Shown: positions 42,232-56,425, counted from the stretch's first letter. The stretch is 64,000 nt of DNA from Eledone cirrhosa (GCA_964016885.1 OZ024740.1:372001-436000); one strand, 5' to 3'. A program made the numbers and translations. The notes: generated from the letters alone by a model not told the origin.

Positions 42232-42402
42232 ATATCATCAATATGTGTGTGTGTACATCATCAATATGTGTGTCTATACATCATCAATATGTGTATCTAT
42301 ACATCATCAATATGTGTGTCTATACATCATCAATATGTGTGTCTATACATCATCAATATGTGTGTCTATACATCATCAATATGTGTGTGAATACATCATC
42401 AT
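42230..42402. repeat. 23-bp minisatellite (tacatcatcaatatgtgtgtcta), about 7 copies
   Basis: Directly visible. Confidence 0.92.
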
Positions 42403-42768
42403 CTAATTCTCTTCTTCAGCATAACATCTTGCCATTTGTTACTGTCCATAGTCATTATTCTTAGTGAGGCTTAACCTCCTGAAATCAACCTTTACCAGTT
42501 CATTGCACTTATTTCTTCTTCCTCTTTGATTACTTGTCATCCTCTCTACACATCAGCTCAGCCAACTTACTCTCTTATACACCACATCTCATTCGTCATA
42601 TTCATTTTTCTCTCAACTTATTTGTCATCTGTCATTTATGCTCATTAATGTTATACCCCTCACTTTTTTTTCTATTAATCTTTTGGGCATTCTCCTCTTT
42701 CAGTGCCTGTAATTTACCATCATGCAGTATATCATTTCCTTCACAAGCATCATTAACTTGACTTTCAC

Positions 42769-43488
42769 TCATCATCATCTCCGTTTTACGCTAGCATGGG
42801 TTAGATGGGTTGTCCTGTTGTGGGCAGTGTCCGGTCGGCTGACCTTGTCTTGCTCATACGGGAACTGATTCTGGCTTGATTTCTACAGCTGGATGCCCTT
42901 CCTAATACCAACCTCATTTACAGTGAGTGCTGGGTGCTTTTTTTCCATGGCGCCTACACGTCCACTTTACAGTGAGTGCTGGGTGCCTTTTTCCGTGGTG
43001 CCTACATGTCCACTTTACAGTGTGGGCTGGGTGCTTTTTTGCCGTGGCACCTCCACAACCACTTTGTAGTGGAGAGTGTGGGGGCATATTGTCTATATGC
43101 TTCAGCTTCGGCTTGTACCCGTGGGGGTCGAGTATTCTGTATTACTGCGTGACGCCAGAGGTCACGGTCACAGCCTTTGAGAGGTGTAATTGGGTAAGGT
43201 CGGTTTCCATCAACTTCTAGTGCTCTGCACGTTTTTATGCAGCTGTCATCCTTCATACGCATCACATGTCCATACCAACGCAACCGCCTCTCCTGCACAC
43301 AGCATTTAATTCCTCTTATGCTCAGTCTCTCTCTCAATTCATTTATTCTTTGCTGTTTGCGTATATTACTATTACACATCCATCGGAGCATGCAGGCTTC
43401 GTTTCTTTCTAATCTACACAAGTCTTCCACATTCAGCGCCCAGGTCTTACTACCATGTAACATTGCTGTTCGTATACACGCATCACAC
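42769..43488 (-). mobile_element. RTE family A-related 3' fragment
   Basis: ORF 43002-43463 encodes the RTE C-terminus; the 3' UTR has three copies of the 48-bp unit. Confidence 0.9.
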
Positions 43489-44405
43489 AGTTGCTGTAAA
43501 AGAGAAAGCCTTTATGACTAGTAGAGGTAGTAACTCTCTTAACTATTTCTGTCCTCTTATTCTGGTTTCAGAATATTCACCTCCACTGTGCCTCAGATCA
43601 CCTATACAATGAAACTACTTGTAAGTGGCAATCCATGCATTTGAGAAAATCTATTTCATATGTGTTCTTAGTACTCCGCTTGTGCATTTACCATATATGA
43701 AGTCTACCTTTATTAACCTTCCTGTGATGCCACTTGATTTTTATTGTGCCCATAGTCTACACTGAATGTACCATATAAATTTTCTACCTATTCCTTTTCT
43801 TCATATCAAACATGACCATTTCACTGATAGTGTCACTCCATTTCTTCATATCAAACAAGGCCATTTCACTGATAGTGTCACTCTATTTCTTCATATCAAA
43901 CGACCATTTCACTGATAGTATCACTCCATTTCTTCATATCAAACAAGGCCATTTCACTGATAGTATTGCTTCATATCAAACATGGCCATTTCACTGATAA
44001 CATCACTCCTATTTTCTCCCCTACTTACTGAGTCTTTGCTCAGTTTACTTTGAGGTTTTTTCGTTCTAAGTTTTGCTTTCATAACTGAAATATACTCTAT
44101 CTTCTACAGATTCTGCTATAAGAATTAGGCAATCATCATACATCAGTTGCCACAGAGAACTAGTCTTAAACTCCTCTCTTAGGACTTTAGAAGAATATGA
44201 TGAACAAAAGGATGCTGAAGAGTGAACCCTAGTGGACCCCTACCTGCACCCTAAATTGGTCACTGTATTTATTTCATTGCCAATTTGCACTGCTGTACAT
44301 AGCTTGCTTTTCCTTCAGACGCTATCCATTTACTATTTTCCTTAGCACCCACCAGTTTACAAAGTATGGAACCCTGTCAAACGGTCTTCTTGAAGTCAAT
44401 AAATG
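43489..44405 (-). mobile_element. Ancient RTE relic (RT plus PHD region) containing a tandem repeat of about 45 bp (43800-44010)
   Basis: Remnants of VGVH*GS and KWPCLI*RKGIGR on the minus strand. Confidence 0.7.
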
Positions 44406-44548
44406 TTTGATAACATTTAAGTAATGTACATCTGCTAGACAATGTCATATTTGGCACTGTGTACCACAAACTGGTATATAAGATTTCTTTAACATATTGG
44501 TGTGGCTAAATTGGATCAGACAGATATCCCAAAACACTTTCTCTAATG

Positions 44549-44711
44549 CAATGGTTCCCAAAGTGGGTTCCACAAAGGAGTGTCTGAGGTTCCATATAAA
44601 AAGTTGAGGGGTATATTTATATTACAACCATATAACAGTATTAGACTTCGGAATTCCCCCAAAAGTTTCTGAACCAAAAAAGGGTTCTGAAAAAAAGTTT
44701 GAGTAACCCTG
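44549..44711. mobile_element. hAT (Charlie-like) MITE
   Basis: Perfect 8-bp TSD ctctaatg (44541-44548 and 44712-44719); TIRs caatggttcccaaa / tttgagtaaccctg. Confidence 0.82.
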
Positions 44712-44909
44712 CTCTAATGCATTTACTGCTTTAAAGTTTGGTGGTATCTAGGGAAACTTTAGGGACCAAATGTATGCTTTGTGGGGTTGAAATACTTTAA
44801 TTCAAGACAAAGAACTATAGAGATTAGTTTTGTAATAATGCTACCATCAGACAGTTACTGGAAATGAAACACTCTGTTCACCAATATTTGTAAGGCCCAA
44901 GTCTTTTAA

Positions 44910-45027
44910 CCCTTTAGCATTTAAACCAGCTGTATCCGGTCAGAATTCTCTCAGTTCTTTCTGCTCAAACTGGCCATAACAGGCTGCTCATATTTATGTT
45001 AAGGTAGTGTTCTCAAAATAGATATCT
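44910..45027 (-). mobile_element. piggyBac-type MITE, one end only
   Basis: TTAA|ccctttagcatttaaacc; reverse complement of about 56310-56425. Confidence 0.75.
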
Positions 45028-45044
45028 GCATAGTTCTTCTAGAA

Positions 45045-46460
45045 TCTAAAGATGGCATGGCACCCATTAAAGACCTGAAGAGTGTCATGAAGTATAGGAA
45101 GGAACATTTTACTGATCTTTTTTTTTCAATCCTTCAGTGGTAGCTGAAGCAGTTGTTGATAGCTTACCCCAACTAGATATACTTCATCTTCTAGATTGTA
45201 AACCTAGAAATGTTGAGGTAGTTTTGGCAATTAATCATATCAATACTGGCAAAGTGCCAGGATTAGGTGGTATCCCAGTAGAACTGCTGCAAAATGGAGG
45301 TAAAAAGGTTTTATCTGATAACAAACAGCTGAGAAGGAACTCCTATAGCTGAAGACTGGATTAACAATATTTTTGTCATAATATACTCAAGCAAAGGATC
45401 TAAATCTGTATATAATAACTCTCATGGTATCACTCACTTGGAGTTCATTGGCAAAGTTGTATATAGACTGGTGGTAAATCAGTTAATAAAAGACATCTGC
45501 CCTTCAGTGTTAGCCAAAACATAGCCTGGTTTTTTATCAGGAAAGTATATAGTCATGATATTCTGTGTGAGAATATTTCAGAGAAATGTATTAAGCAGCA
45601 GGTGTCTGACTTAACAAAGGCTTTTGATACCATTAACAGAGAAGCTTTATGGAACATTCTTAAAAAGTTGGGTTCTTCGCCAAGATTTAAGGTACTGTAA
45701 CATAACATGAAAGCTCAGCTCTCATTCAACAGGCAACTTTCCAATAAATTTCTATGGACATTGAAGTTAAACAGAACAATATCCTAGCTCCTTTTTTAAT
45801 ATATATATATTTTGCCGTGCTTCTTATTTAGGCTTTTCAAGAATTTGATATTAGTATCCACTTGGTTTAAAACAACAGGAAAAGTATTTAATCTGAGGAG
45901 ATTCAACAGCCAAGAACACCTTTCTTTTTTGCAGATATTGCTGATTTTGTAACTCATACTGTACATGTTCAACTTGGAATTGATGGACTATCAGTTGCAT
46001 ATAACTTCACAATAAAGAAGACAAGTAATATTCACTGTTGCACCAGATTAGAAATTGTGAACGCTAATCATATATTTTGGGAGTACCTTAACCCTTCAGT
46101 ATTTACATTACTCTATAATTACAAATATATTTTCACAGTAAAGGCTTTACCTCACTTAATTATCACACATGGTATCGAATTTATGAGATTTTGATATTAT
46201 TTATTTTGAGATAATTCTGGTCAGGTACGGCCAGTTTAAATGCTAAAGGGTTAAGAGATGGGTACTAGACACAGATCCACTAAAAAATTCCAAAAGCTTA
46301 TATGGTCTTTGTGTGATAAGATCATGGCATCCCCATTGAAATGAGATGTTCCATTGACCCTTCTGTATTTGTTCAAAACATGAGCACTCTGTCTACAGCT
46401 CAAGTTGCTTGAGAGATTTCACTAAAATTGTTTGAAGTACATACTCAGTTTCACATTGTA
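45045..46460 (+). mobile_element. Ancient RTE/BovB-like LINE relic
   Basis: GKVPGLGGIPVELLQNGG and DLTKAFDTINREALW remnants with many stops. Confidence 0.75.
46092..46250 (+). mobile_element. piggyBac-type MITE nested in the old LINE
   Basis: TTAA|cccttcagtatttac...gtttaaatgctaaaggg|TTAA. Confidence 0.82.
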
Positions 46461-46574
46461 AGAGTTAGACAGGTTGTCACAGTCCAAGTCAGTACTTAGG
46501 CAAAACTACTGACCTCCCAGACAGTGTGTGTGTGTGGGGGGGGGGGGGGGGGTCTCACATATGTTCCTACACCC

Positions 46575-47440
46575 TACAGTGTGTATCAGGGGCATTTTAT
46601 GGCACCAGCATTAGGGAGGTTGTCATGTTGAAGAGTCTTTCCAACCCTTTGTTTTGATATGTATTCTATGGCTGGATGCTCTTCCTGCCACCTAGCACTT
46701 TACAGGGTATACTGGGTGGATTTATGTACATCAACAGCACTAGAGTGGTTGCTCTTGACCCTTTTTTTAGCATGATCTCTACAGTTGGGTGCCCTTCCTA
46801 TCACCAACCCCCTTACAGGATATAGGATGTGGGTGTAAGAAAGATGATAGGTACATCATGGATGTGACAAAAGGTGGAGGAAGTGATTAGTTTGGTGGAT
46901 GTGTGATGTGTGGGAGAGAAAGTATGTGGTGGGTGTAAGGTGTGGTAAAGTTTGACAAGACAATGAGAGGGTGGGTGTTGTGAGAATAGCTTTTAAGGAA
47001 CAGTGGTAGAGGGAGGGGGTCAGGTTACATTTGTGCTGCCAGAGTGAGTCTTCTTTGGTAATACATGTTCCCCAATCTTTGCAGTCCTTTGTTACCTTTG
47101 TGATAAGATTGAGATTCCTAAAGTTTGTCTTTATAACTTCATCCCATGTCTTTATACAGCTGTCGTCTCCCATTCACCTTGCATCAAGCCCCTCTTATAC
47201 TGAGGTTTTCTCTTAGCTTGCTTATGCTATGTCGTTCATGCACACTAACATTACACATCCACTTGATCATGCTCACTTCATTTCTTTCTAGCCATTGCAG
47301 TTTGCACACGGGCTCATACAGTCTACTCTTCAGTTTGAAAGAGAAGCCCTTTCTTGCCAGCAAAAGTACCAGCTCCCTAAACTTCTTCCTGGCTATCACA
47401 CCTTCAGAGCATCTATCCCCATTGCTGATTAGGTCTAACA
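46575..47440 (-). mobile_element. Old RTE 3' relic
   Basis: KFRELVLLLARKGFSFKLKSRLY and ERNEVSMIKWMCNV coding remnants with a degenerate 3' UTR. Confidence 0.75.
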
Positions 47441-47952
47441 CACCCCCACATAACAGAAACTGCAAACAATACTGTAGCTGTACTTGCCTGGCAAATGGTT
47501 TGATCTTAAAATTACATCAAGAAATAGTCATTGTAGGTAAAGCTCACAAAACCTGTTGGCTTTGCGGTGAATTTATCAATGGTGTCAAAATTGTTGTCAC
47601 ATTATTTGCGACTTGGTCACTGACACAAATAAATGATAGCCACAATGACCTTTCCGCAGTGTAATTAGTTTATATATGGTATAGTCTCGTAACTTCTGAT
47701 AGTAGTAGGAGCGCCGTATTGATATACAGCATTTCTTGGGTATTTTAAACCTGGCAGAGCCCATCCCTCTCCAGGCCTGAGTACAGCAGATTTCTTCCAG
47801 AGAGAGGAAGAATCGACCCCAGTACCAGACTGGTACTTTTTTTTATCAACCTCAAAAGGATGAAAGGCAAAGTTGATCTCGGCAGGATTTATATAAATAT
47901 ATGGCATGGCTTTGAATTAAAAACATGATGAAAAACCCCTTTATATTATCTA

Positions 47953-48541
47953 CTAGCAGTGGTACCCGGTGTGGCACAGGATAAGGTATTTTGGAACGCG
48001 GGCCGCCAATAGACCTAAAAACTGCATGCCTGGACAATATGTAAAGAAAATAAACCGAATACTCTGATGGCTGGATAATCTTTAAGATTTTTTTCAATGA
48101 AGCAGGAAAAATGCAGGTTTTCACCTAATGCGGGCCCTAGGGGATCAAGAAAATGAATTTTTTTATGTGCATAATATGCCTTGAAATTTTGGGAAAATCG
48201 ACTAGACGTAACGCCTCCAAAAAGCCCTAAGAAGCTGAAAAAGTGAAGTTTTTCACCTAATGCGGGCCCTAGGCCATAAGAAAGTTGGATTTTCTTTGCT
48301 TACGGTCTGAAGAAGAGACTGACTAATACATAGTTACAATTTCAAGGAAATCCGTCTGACATAACGCCTCAAAAAACCCCTAAAAATGTTAAACAACGCA
48401 GCTTTTCACCTAATGTGGGCCCTACGAGATAAAAAAAGTCGAATTTTTTTTATGTGCATAACACTCCTTGAAACATAAGTAATACACATGTAAAGTTTGA
48501 AAAAAATTGATTGGGTACTTCTCGAGTTTTAGGGATTCAAA

Positions 48542-48581
<40 letters not shown>

Positions 48582-48840
48582 GATATTATAAGGGCGCGAC
48601 GTTATAAGTATGCATCTATCTAAAAAGAGAAAGACTAAGAATTATAGAGCGAGATCGCTAAATCGCCTAATGTGGTCCCTGGGGCATAGAAAATTTGAAA
48701 TTCTTTTTGCTCAGAACACTCCCTGAAACATAAGTATTACATGTGTAAAGTTTGAAAACAGTTGGTTGGTTGGTTCTCGTGTTTTAGGAATTCGAACTCA
48801 CACACACACAGACAGACTTCCTCAGTTTTATATATATAGA
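47953..48840 (-). mobile_element. Non-autonomous Helitron with internal subrepeats of about 135-150 bp
   Basis: Minus strand A|TCTATATATA at 48840, then a hairpin remnant and CTAG|T at 47953. cctaatgYggKccct occurs four times; (CA)n lies near the 5' end; terminus resembles 7740. Confidence 0.78.
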
Positions 48841-50375
48841 TTATATACCTTTCATCTTTCTTACATCTTCCATCCTATCATGAAAATGTAGGATTCAGTT
48901 TTTGACTGAATAAAAGTCAAAACACCTAATCAATATTTATAGTTGCAAGCATAGCTATGTGGTAAAAAGTTTGCTTCACAACCGTGTGCTTTCAGGTTTG
49001 ATCATACTGCATGAAACTTTGGGCATGTCTTCTACTATATAACCTCTGACCAACCAATACCTTGTGAGGGAATCTCAACGGAGAGTCCTCTCCATGGACA
49101 CATCCTCTGTCTGTGTGTGTAGCAGTTTGTAGTGTGTCAGATTAAGTGTTTTGCAATGCTTGGTCTAACTCTCTATGCACTGCTTTCATATTTTGCTGCA
49201 GTGAACTTTCATTGTTTTGGGATCAGTAAAGATACCATTTGAGGGTGGTTGGTTTGTGGTATTATTAGATCACCAGATGTGATACTTTGAGATACCTGTT
49301 CTGATTCTTTGCACTCTAGTTCAAATTCTGCTCTCTGTCAAAAGGGACAGGTAGACCTAAAACCAGCACAATTGTTGAGAATTTGTGCTGCAGTGACCCA
49401 ACAATGGCTAAGTAGAAAAATATCATTTTACAAGTTTTCCATACTGGCATATATGTGTAATTGTGTCTTTGTACAATACTATTTAAAAAACGAAAGAGAA
49501 ACAAGTGCTGGTGTTATTTATGCCCCCTCTCCCATGAAAACAATATGTCCTGCAGCTTTCAATTCAAAAGAGGTCATTAGTATATACCATACTTTAAACT
49601 CTAGGTTGGTTTCAGGAATGGGTATCTGAAAAAGACTACCACAAAAACTATGCCAACCCATGCTAGCATGGAGAAATGGGTATAGAAAGAATGATATTGA
49701 TGATGATGATGATAAGCGAGAGGGAAGTTCATTAAGAAATGATTTATATCCAAAGTGTTGAAATGGTAAAAATAGAGAGGAGAGGGGGGGAATGAAAGAA
49801 GTTTATAAGTGAAGGTGAAAAGTTTTGAAATAATGGGAGTTAGAGAAAGGGGTCAAGAGGAAGATATATAGACACATGTTAAAGAAGCAGGGTCAGAAAC
49901 AGGGTCTAATCCTGCAGTTTAATTCAGTCATTAAGGGATAAAAGGTAGAAGTAGGGTCTAATACTGCAGAATAATTCATTCATTAAGGGACAAAAGGTAG
50001 AAGTAGGGTCTAATCCTGCAATTTAATTCAGTTGTTAAGGGACAAAAGTCTAGAAATTAAAAATTTAGAAGACTTTTTACAAGAATTCAACAATTCTGAT
50101 TTATGGTTCAGTGTGAATTTATCATGGAATAGGATGAAGAATATTTAAGCTTAATGGATATTTATTGTATTACAGTTACATACATCCTTGCATGTATGGG
50201 CTAGAATTGACTGATGGATTTTGAAAGATACTGAGCCAGATTCTTTCAACAGCCAAACATATTTAGAAAAGCTCAATGTAAATGTTTTCTGTGACCATTC
50301 AAAAAAGTACAAACCCATTTTGAAAGTATTTTCTATTATTCTGGTGTATTATTAAGCTGGGTGAAGTAGTGTGTG

Positions 50376-50790
50376 TCATCATTATCATCATCGTTTAACA
50401 TCCATTTTCCACGCATGGGTAGGATGGGCTGTCCCTTCGGGAGAGACCAAGTCTGAGGACCGTGTTTTGCTCACACAGCTGATTTAGGCTTGGTTTCTAC
50501 AGCTGCATGCCATAGTATTGGCTGAGTGCCTTTTGTCATGACTCCTACATGACCACTTTACATTGTGGACTGGCCATTTTTGTCATGGCTCTAGAGAGAC
50601 CTCTTCATGGTGTGGGATGGGAACTTGGGAAAGTGGGGGAAAGCAGCTTGGAGAAATTGAGGACATAGGTAATAGGAGAGGGGTGATTACAGCAAGGGAG
50701 GGGAGATGGTAGAGGAAGGTTTTGCCTATTAGATATATTCCTCAGCTGAACCATATGGGAAGCTGGGTCTTCTGTTAAGCTAGGTGAAGT
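50376..50790 (-). mobile_element. Old RTE 3' UTR relic
   Basis: catcatcgtttaacatcc..ccacgcatggg tail region and ggtttctacagctg motif. Confidence 0.6.
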
Positions 50791-51594
50791 TGTGTATTTG
50801 TATAAGCTGGATGAAGCAGTGTGTGTGTGTGTGAATAAGCTAGGTGATGTAGTGTGTGTGGATAAGCTGGGTGAAGTGTGTGGTAAGGGTAGAGGTGAGA
50901 AAATCCACCATAAATTTCAACTTGATATATCAATAAAAACAATTCTAGTCACACATTGTTTTTTTACTTCTACCTACCATCTATCATCTTTCTTTCACTC
51001 TCACACTTCATTCCCTCCATTCCACTTCACTCCAACCTCTTACTCATCTCTCTTTTACTCTACTTCACTCCACTTTACTCTCTCACTCATCTCTTTCACC
51101 TTTGTTCTTTCCAAGACTCCCTCTCTTAGACATTTCACCCTTCTGTTTGTGTCTCATATTTTTTATATTTTTCCTATGCTCTCTCTCTCTCTCATCGATC
51201 GTTTTTCTTTTTCATTTTTTACATCTCCCTACCTCTCTATCACTTTCCACAACCCCCCCTTCCCTCTCTCTCAATTCCAGCTTCAACACCATTACCACTA
51301 CCTTTATCACCAACACCACAGCTACCCCACTCCACTATCCACCACCGCCATACCTCCCACACTATCTATTTACATTTTTGCCTGAAAGAGATGCTGGATG
51401 CTAGATGAAACACTGATACAGTTCCAATTCTGGCTAAACCAATCTTTCTCAAAAGTCTGTTTAGCATTAAAGAAGGAGAGAATGGTTGGTTCAGCACTTG
51501 TTTACTATTTCTTACTGACTCTACACACACAACATCATCATCATCATCTTCCACGCTTTCATATTATATGCGTGTATGTGTATATATATGTATC

Positions 51595-51926
51595 ATTTCA
51601 TTTCATTTCATTTTACGTCCGCTTGTTCCCTGCTTGAAAGGGTGAGACGGGAACTGATTCTGGCTTGATTTCTACAGCTGGATGCCTTTCCTAACACCAA
51701 CCTCATTTACAGTGAGTGCTGGGTGCTTTTTTGCCACGGCACCTCCACGATCACTTTGCAGTGGAATGATATGGACCCCAGTCCTTATCTCATTTCTACA
51801 GCTGAGTAAACTGGAGCAATGTGAAATAAAGTATCTTGCTCAAGGAAACAACACATCACCCGGTCTGAGAATTGAACTCACAACCTTTTGATTGCAATGC
51901 TCTAACCACTAAGCCATGTGCCTCCA
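51595..51926 (-). mobile_element. CORE-type SINE with RTE-A-derived tail
   Basis: Same family as 40695-41047. Confidence 0.92.
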
Positions 51927-52460
51927 TGTATGTGTGTGTGTGTATATATATATATAAATAAATAAAAATAATTATAAGTGTGAAGAACAGGCATAAAATT
52001 TACCTATCTTCTTAGTCCAGAGAAATGAACTACATAATCAATTAAACAGCTAATTTAAATTATAAGTATGAAAAAAAAATAGATAAATGTATACCAAATA
52101 ATTACACACATACACACACATAATATATATATAACGAAGGAAATGTGGTAAAGAACCAGATGGACCATAACGCACCAAAGTACTCAATACTTAGAGTAGT
52201 AGAGTGGGTAATAGAAACGAGTAGGACACCATAAGGGTCCTACTCGTTCCTATATATATAGAATGACTTTACTTGAAGTTCTAAACAATTTAATTTTATA
52301 ATAATATAATTTTACAATTTCGTTTTGTAGATCTAGTAAGTTCTTTGTTAACTTTGGTGGAGAGATTTTTTAAAGATTCCCGGTTAACTTTCCTGGAGTT
52401 CTTTTTCACATTCGTCGATGGCGATTGCAAACTGATTCCAATATATGTGTTTATATATAT

Positions 52461-54292
52461 ATGAAGAAGGATTCAGACTTCTAGAATTCTGCGACGGCAA
52501 TGACATGTCGATATGTAACACAAACTTCAAAAAACCCGACAACCACCTGATCACCTATAGATCAGGGGAGCATTCTAGTCAGATAGATTTTATCCTCATC
52601 AGAGGACGTGACAGATGGACGGTCGTAAACACAAAAGCCTTCCCTAGTGAGGAATGTACATCCCAACATAGCTTAGTTGTCAGCGACCTCACGGTCAGAA
52701 CTAGACGAACTTGGAAACAGGCTAATCTGGAGAAGAAAGATCTGGAAGCTGAAAGACCCCTCAGCCAGTAACAGATTTAAAGATATTTTACTCAACGCCT
52801 ACGACAGTAGAGAAGAACAGATAGAGACATTCAATGTAGAAGAGCACTGGGAGTTCCTAAAAAATAACTTATTAGAGGCGACGGATGAGGTCTGTGGCTG
52901 GAGTAAGACCACAAGCAGGAGGAGAGTGACTTGGTGGTGGAACAATAAGGTAGATGAAGCAGTTAAGGCCAAGAGACAGGCATGGAAAGAATGGAAGAAC
53001 GGGGGGAGCAGGGTACATTACATAGAGACCAAGAGGGAAGCTAGGCGACAAGTATACTTAGCTAGGAGAGAAGCAGAGGATAGAAAATTCAAGCATGTTT
53101 TGCAACGTGAGGACCAGAAACAAGAGGGTGTTCAAGATTGCGAGGCAGTGTGTCAGAGAATTGTGATGTCATTGGAGAGAAGTGTATCCGGAATGATAAA
53201 GGTGAGCTTGCCCTCACAAATGCTGAGAAGAAAGATGCATGGGAAGAAGAGACCCTACCCCAAGTAGACCTATAGAGGGGCCAGCAGTACAAGTCAGCAG
53301 CAGCGTAGTAAGTAAGGCAATCAAAGATATGAAGATGGGGAAGGCAACCGGTCCATCGGGTATAGCTGCCGAGATGCTGAAGGCATCTGGGTCTGTAGGT
53401 CACACTATAACCACACGTATTGTTAACCAGGTAATACTAGAAGGTGTCATACCAAAAGATTGGTGCAGTAGCATCGTTGTCAACTGCTACAAAGGTAAAG
53501 GTGATGCACTTGATAGAGGTATAAAGCTGATGGATCAGGTCATGAAAGTAACAGAAAGAGTTGTAGCACAGTTGATTAGGGACCGGGTGAAGCTAGATGA
53601 AATGCAATTTGGTTTTGTACCAGGGAAAGGCACCACTGATGCCCTCTTCCTTGTGAGGCAGTTACAGGAAAAGTACCTAGCTAAAAGTAAGCCACTCTAC
53701 CTGGCATTCGTCGACCTCGAGAAAGCCTTTGGCAGAGTTCCACGTGCTGTAATCTGGTGGGCTCTTAGAAAACTAGGAGTAGATGAATGGCTTGTGAAAG
53801 CTGTACAAGCCATGTATAGGGGAGCAGTCAGCAAAGTTAGGATTAGCAATGAGTATAGCAAGGAATTTAGCGTACAGGTTGGTGTCCACCAGGGCTCTGT
53901 TCTTAGCCCTCTCCTGTTCATCATAGTCCTGCAAGCAGTAACGGAGGAGTTTAAGACCGGATGCCCATGGGAACTCCTGTATGCTGATGACCTCGCACTT
54001 ATAGCTGAATCTATGGTAGAACTAGAGAAGAAATTCCAAACTTGGAAGCAGGGACTAGAAAGAAAGGGTCTCAAAGTCAACATGACAAAAACTAAGGTCC
54101 TTGTAAATAGAATAACTAGGGTCACTGTAAATGAGGTTGGTGTTAAGAAGGGCATCCAGCTGTAGAAATCAAGCCAAATCAGTTCCTGTATAAGCAAGGC
54201 ATGGTCAGCCGACCAGACACTGCCCACAACAGGACAACCCGTCTAACCCATGCTAGCTTGGAAGAACGGACGTAAAACGGTGATGATGATGA
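52461..54292 (+). mobile_element. RTE family A, copy A4: 5'-truncated with multiple deletions
   Basis: Colinear with A1 2697-4402, then jumps to the 3' UTR; RT ORF 53239-54165. Confidence 0.94.
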
Positions 54293-54337
54293 ATGTCTAT
54301 TTTCCCTGTTTCTATGTGTTAGGCTGTCATGTTATGA

Positions 54338-54515
54338 GGCTAGCCAGGTCAGGTGACTGTCTTGCAAATACAGATCTGTGCTTAGCTTTACAGCTCTTGC
54401 CATTCTGAGTTTGAATCCTGCCGAGGTTAACTTTGCCTTTCATCCTTACGAGGTTGATAAAACAAAGTACCAGTAATGCATTGGGTAATTGCTGGCCTTG
54501 TGCCAAAAGTAGAAA
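54338..54515 (+). mobile_element. tRNA-derived SINE of the 16305-16912 family
   Basis: gagtttgaatcc B box followed by ctttgcctttcatccttacgaggttgataaaacaaagtaccagtaatgca. Confidence 0.7.
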
Positions 54516-56207
54516 CAAGTATATATATAAAGTATATCAACTTTCCTCCGCCACCACCAATTGCTGTCCTTTTGCCAATGTTAGAAAGAATTATTCCATG
54601 TGTAGTTTACAGGAAATGGTAAATAATTGAACACGAAACTTATATTGTAATCTTGTCTTCCATATAAAGGTTTTATTTACCTAACATTGACTACCTCCAC
54701 TCTTAGGTATGTCTACACTCTCCACTGTTAGGTACATCTCTCACTCTCCACTGTTAGGTAAGTCACTTGCGCTCCGGAGAGATGCTGTGCTGAAAAGGAC
54801 CCATGCAAGCATGTAAAAATGATGATGATGATGGCACAAATACAGGAGAAACTTCCATACAGTTTCCATCTATGATACTCATTTAAAAAGCATTGATCAG
54901 TCCAAGACTATAGAAGGAATATGTCGAAGGTGCTTCAGTGCAAACTAGAACTTCACATGGATATGATGGAATAGTGAGAGAAAGTGATGGAGCAGAAAAG
55001 AAAAATATAGTGTTAATACTCTTGAGAAACCAAAGTAATTCCTACTAATATTTTCAAATCCAGGTCCTCATTGCAGACAATTTATTATTATTATTATTAT
55101 ATGTAGTTTAGCAGCAGCCTTTTCTGCTATTGGTTCATGAAATAAGAATTTACTGGGGTCTTCCCCCCATATCCCTAATTTCAATTACCTAGTACCACCC
55201 ACACAAATTTCAAGCATTCTTTAAAAACTTTTACATTAAAATACATATTTAGACATAATTATTTTGGAAATTTTGAAGGATTAACAAGATTATTTCAACT
55301 AGTTAATAGTTAAATTACTATAGAATTGGTGCAAATAATCTTTTATCCTATTTAGTTTTCTTTTTTTTTTATTTATCTGATTTGAAATGTTTTTGTTTTG
55401 TTTTTTTACACACATTTGAAATATTTTAGCTGATAATTCTGCTTTAAACCTATTATTTTAATTAGATTAAAATATAATTGAGTAATAACTGAAAAGGAAG
55501 AAAGAGGAAAAGTCCTAATAAAACCTTTTAGTATTTTGATTGGTCCACATAATTTCTCTTTGTTGAGCGAAAAAAGAACAGAGTAGACCAAGCAAAATAA
55601 ACTTTTTTTTTAAGTAATGGTTTTTGCCCATTAAAATTTAATGATTTGCAGTGATTTCTGCAAGATTGATAATGGGTCAATTTTTCAGTTAAAGTAATGA
55701 CATGGTAAAATTGTTACAACTGGAACAAAGAAAGGCAACTCTGTCCACTTTCTTTCCATCTCCAGAGGTAATTTACCTGATTTTCTCAACTATTGTTTGT
55801 AATTATTTGCTTTAGGACAACTACATTTCAAATTAATTATATAAACTTAATAGACAAAAAATGTATAGGCAAAGTGACTAAATGGATTATCCACTCATTG
55901 ATTATGAGTTTATATCAGCTACTGTTGTTGTTTAACCCAGGTCATGATTTAACTGATCTATAATCAAAGATATTCTACTTGATGGTAGATGTTTTTTTGT
56001 TTTTTTATTTGATTTTGTAGTCTTAAATTATTTGAGGAAGATTTCGCTTCCCCTTTTTAACAGATCAAGCAGCTGCAGGGTTTGTCATATCTACTGTTGA
56101 TTTTCAATGTGTCTTTCAAGAGTGTGTTTGGTCAGCTTTGATCAAGATATAACAACCGTAGTTTCTATATAGTATTTCTCAGTTTATCCCTCAATATCTG
56201 TCATTAA

Positions 56208-56425
56208 CCATTCAGCATGTACATTATTCTATACATACTATTATATTTTGTGGTAAAGGCTTTATCTCATAATTATCTCACATAATATAGAATCTATGAG
56301 ATTTTGATATTGTTTATTTTGAGAACAATACCTTAACATCAGTATAGGCAGGCAGTTATGGCCAGATTGAACAGAAAGAGGTGAGAGGATTCAGACTGGA
56401 TATAGCCAGTTTAAATGCTAAAGGG
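56208..56425 (+). mobile_element. piggyBac-type MITE
   Basis: TTAA flanks; ends gtttaaatgctaaaggg; homologous to 46092-46250. Confidence 0.8.

Noticed and set aside
44910-46250. Single 1.3-kb piggyBac element carrying captured LINE sequence
   Set aside because: Better explained as two separate MITE copies: 46092-46250 has its own TTAA flanks and the LINE continues beyond it.
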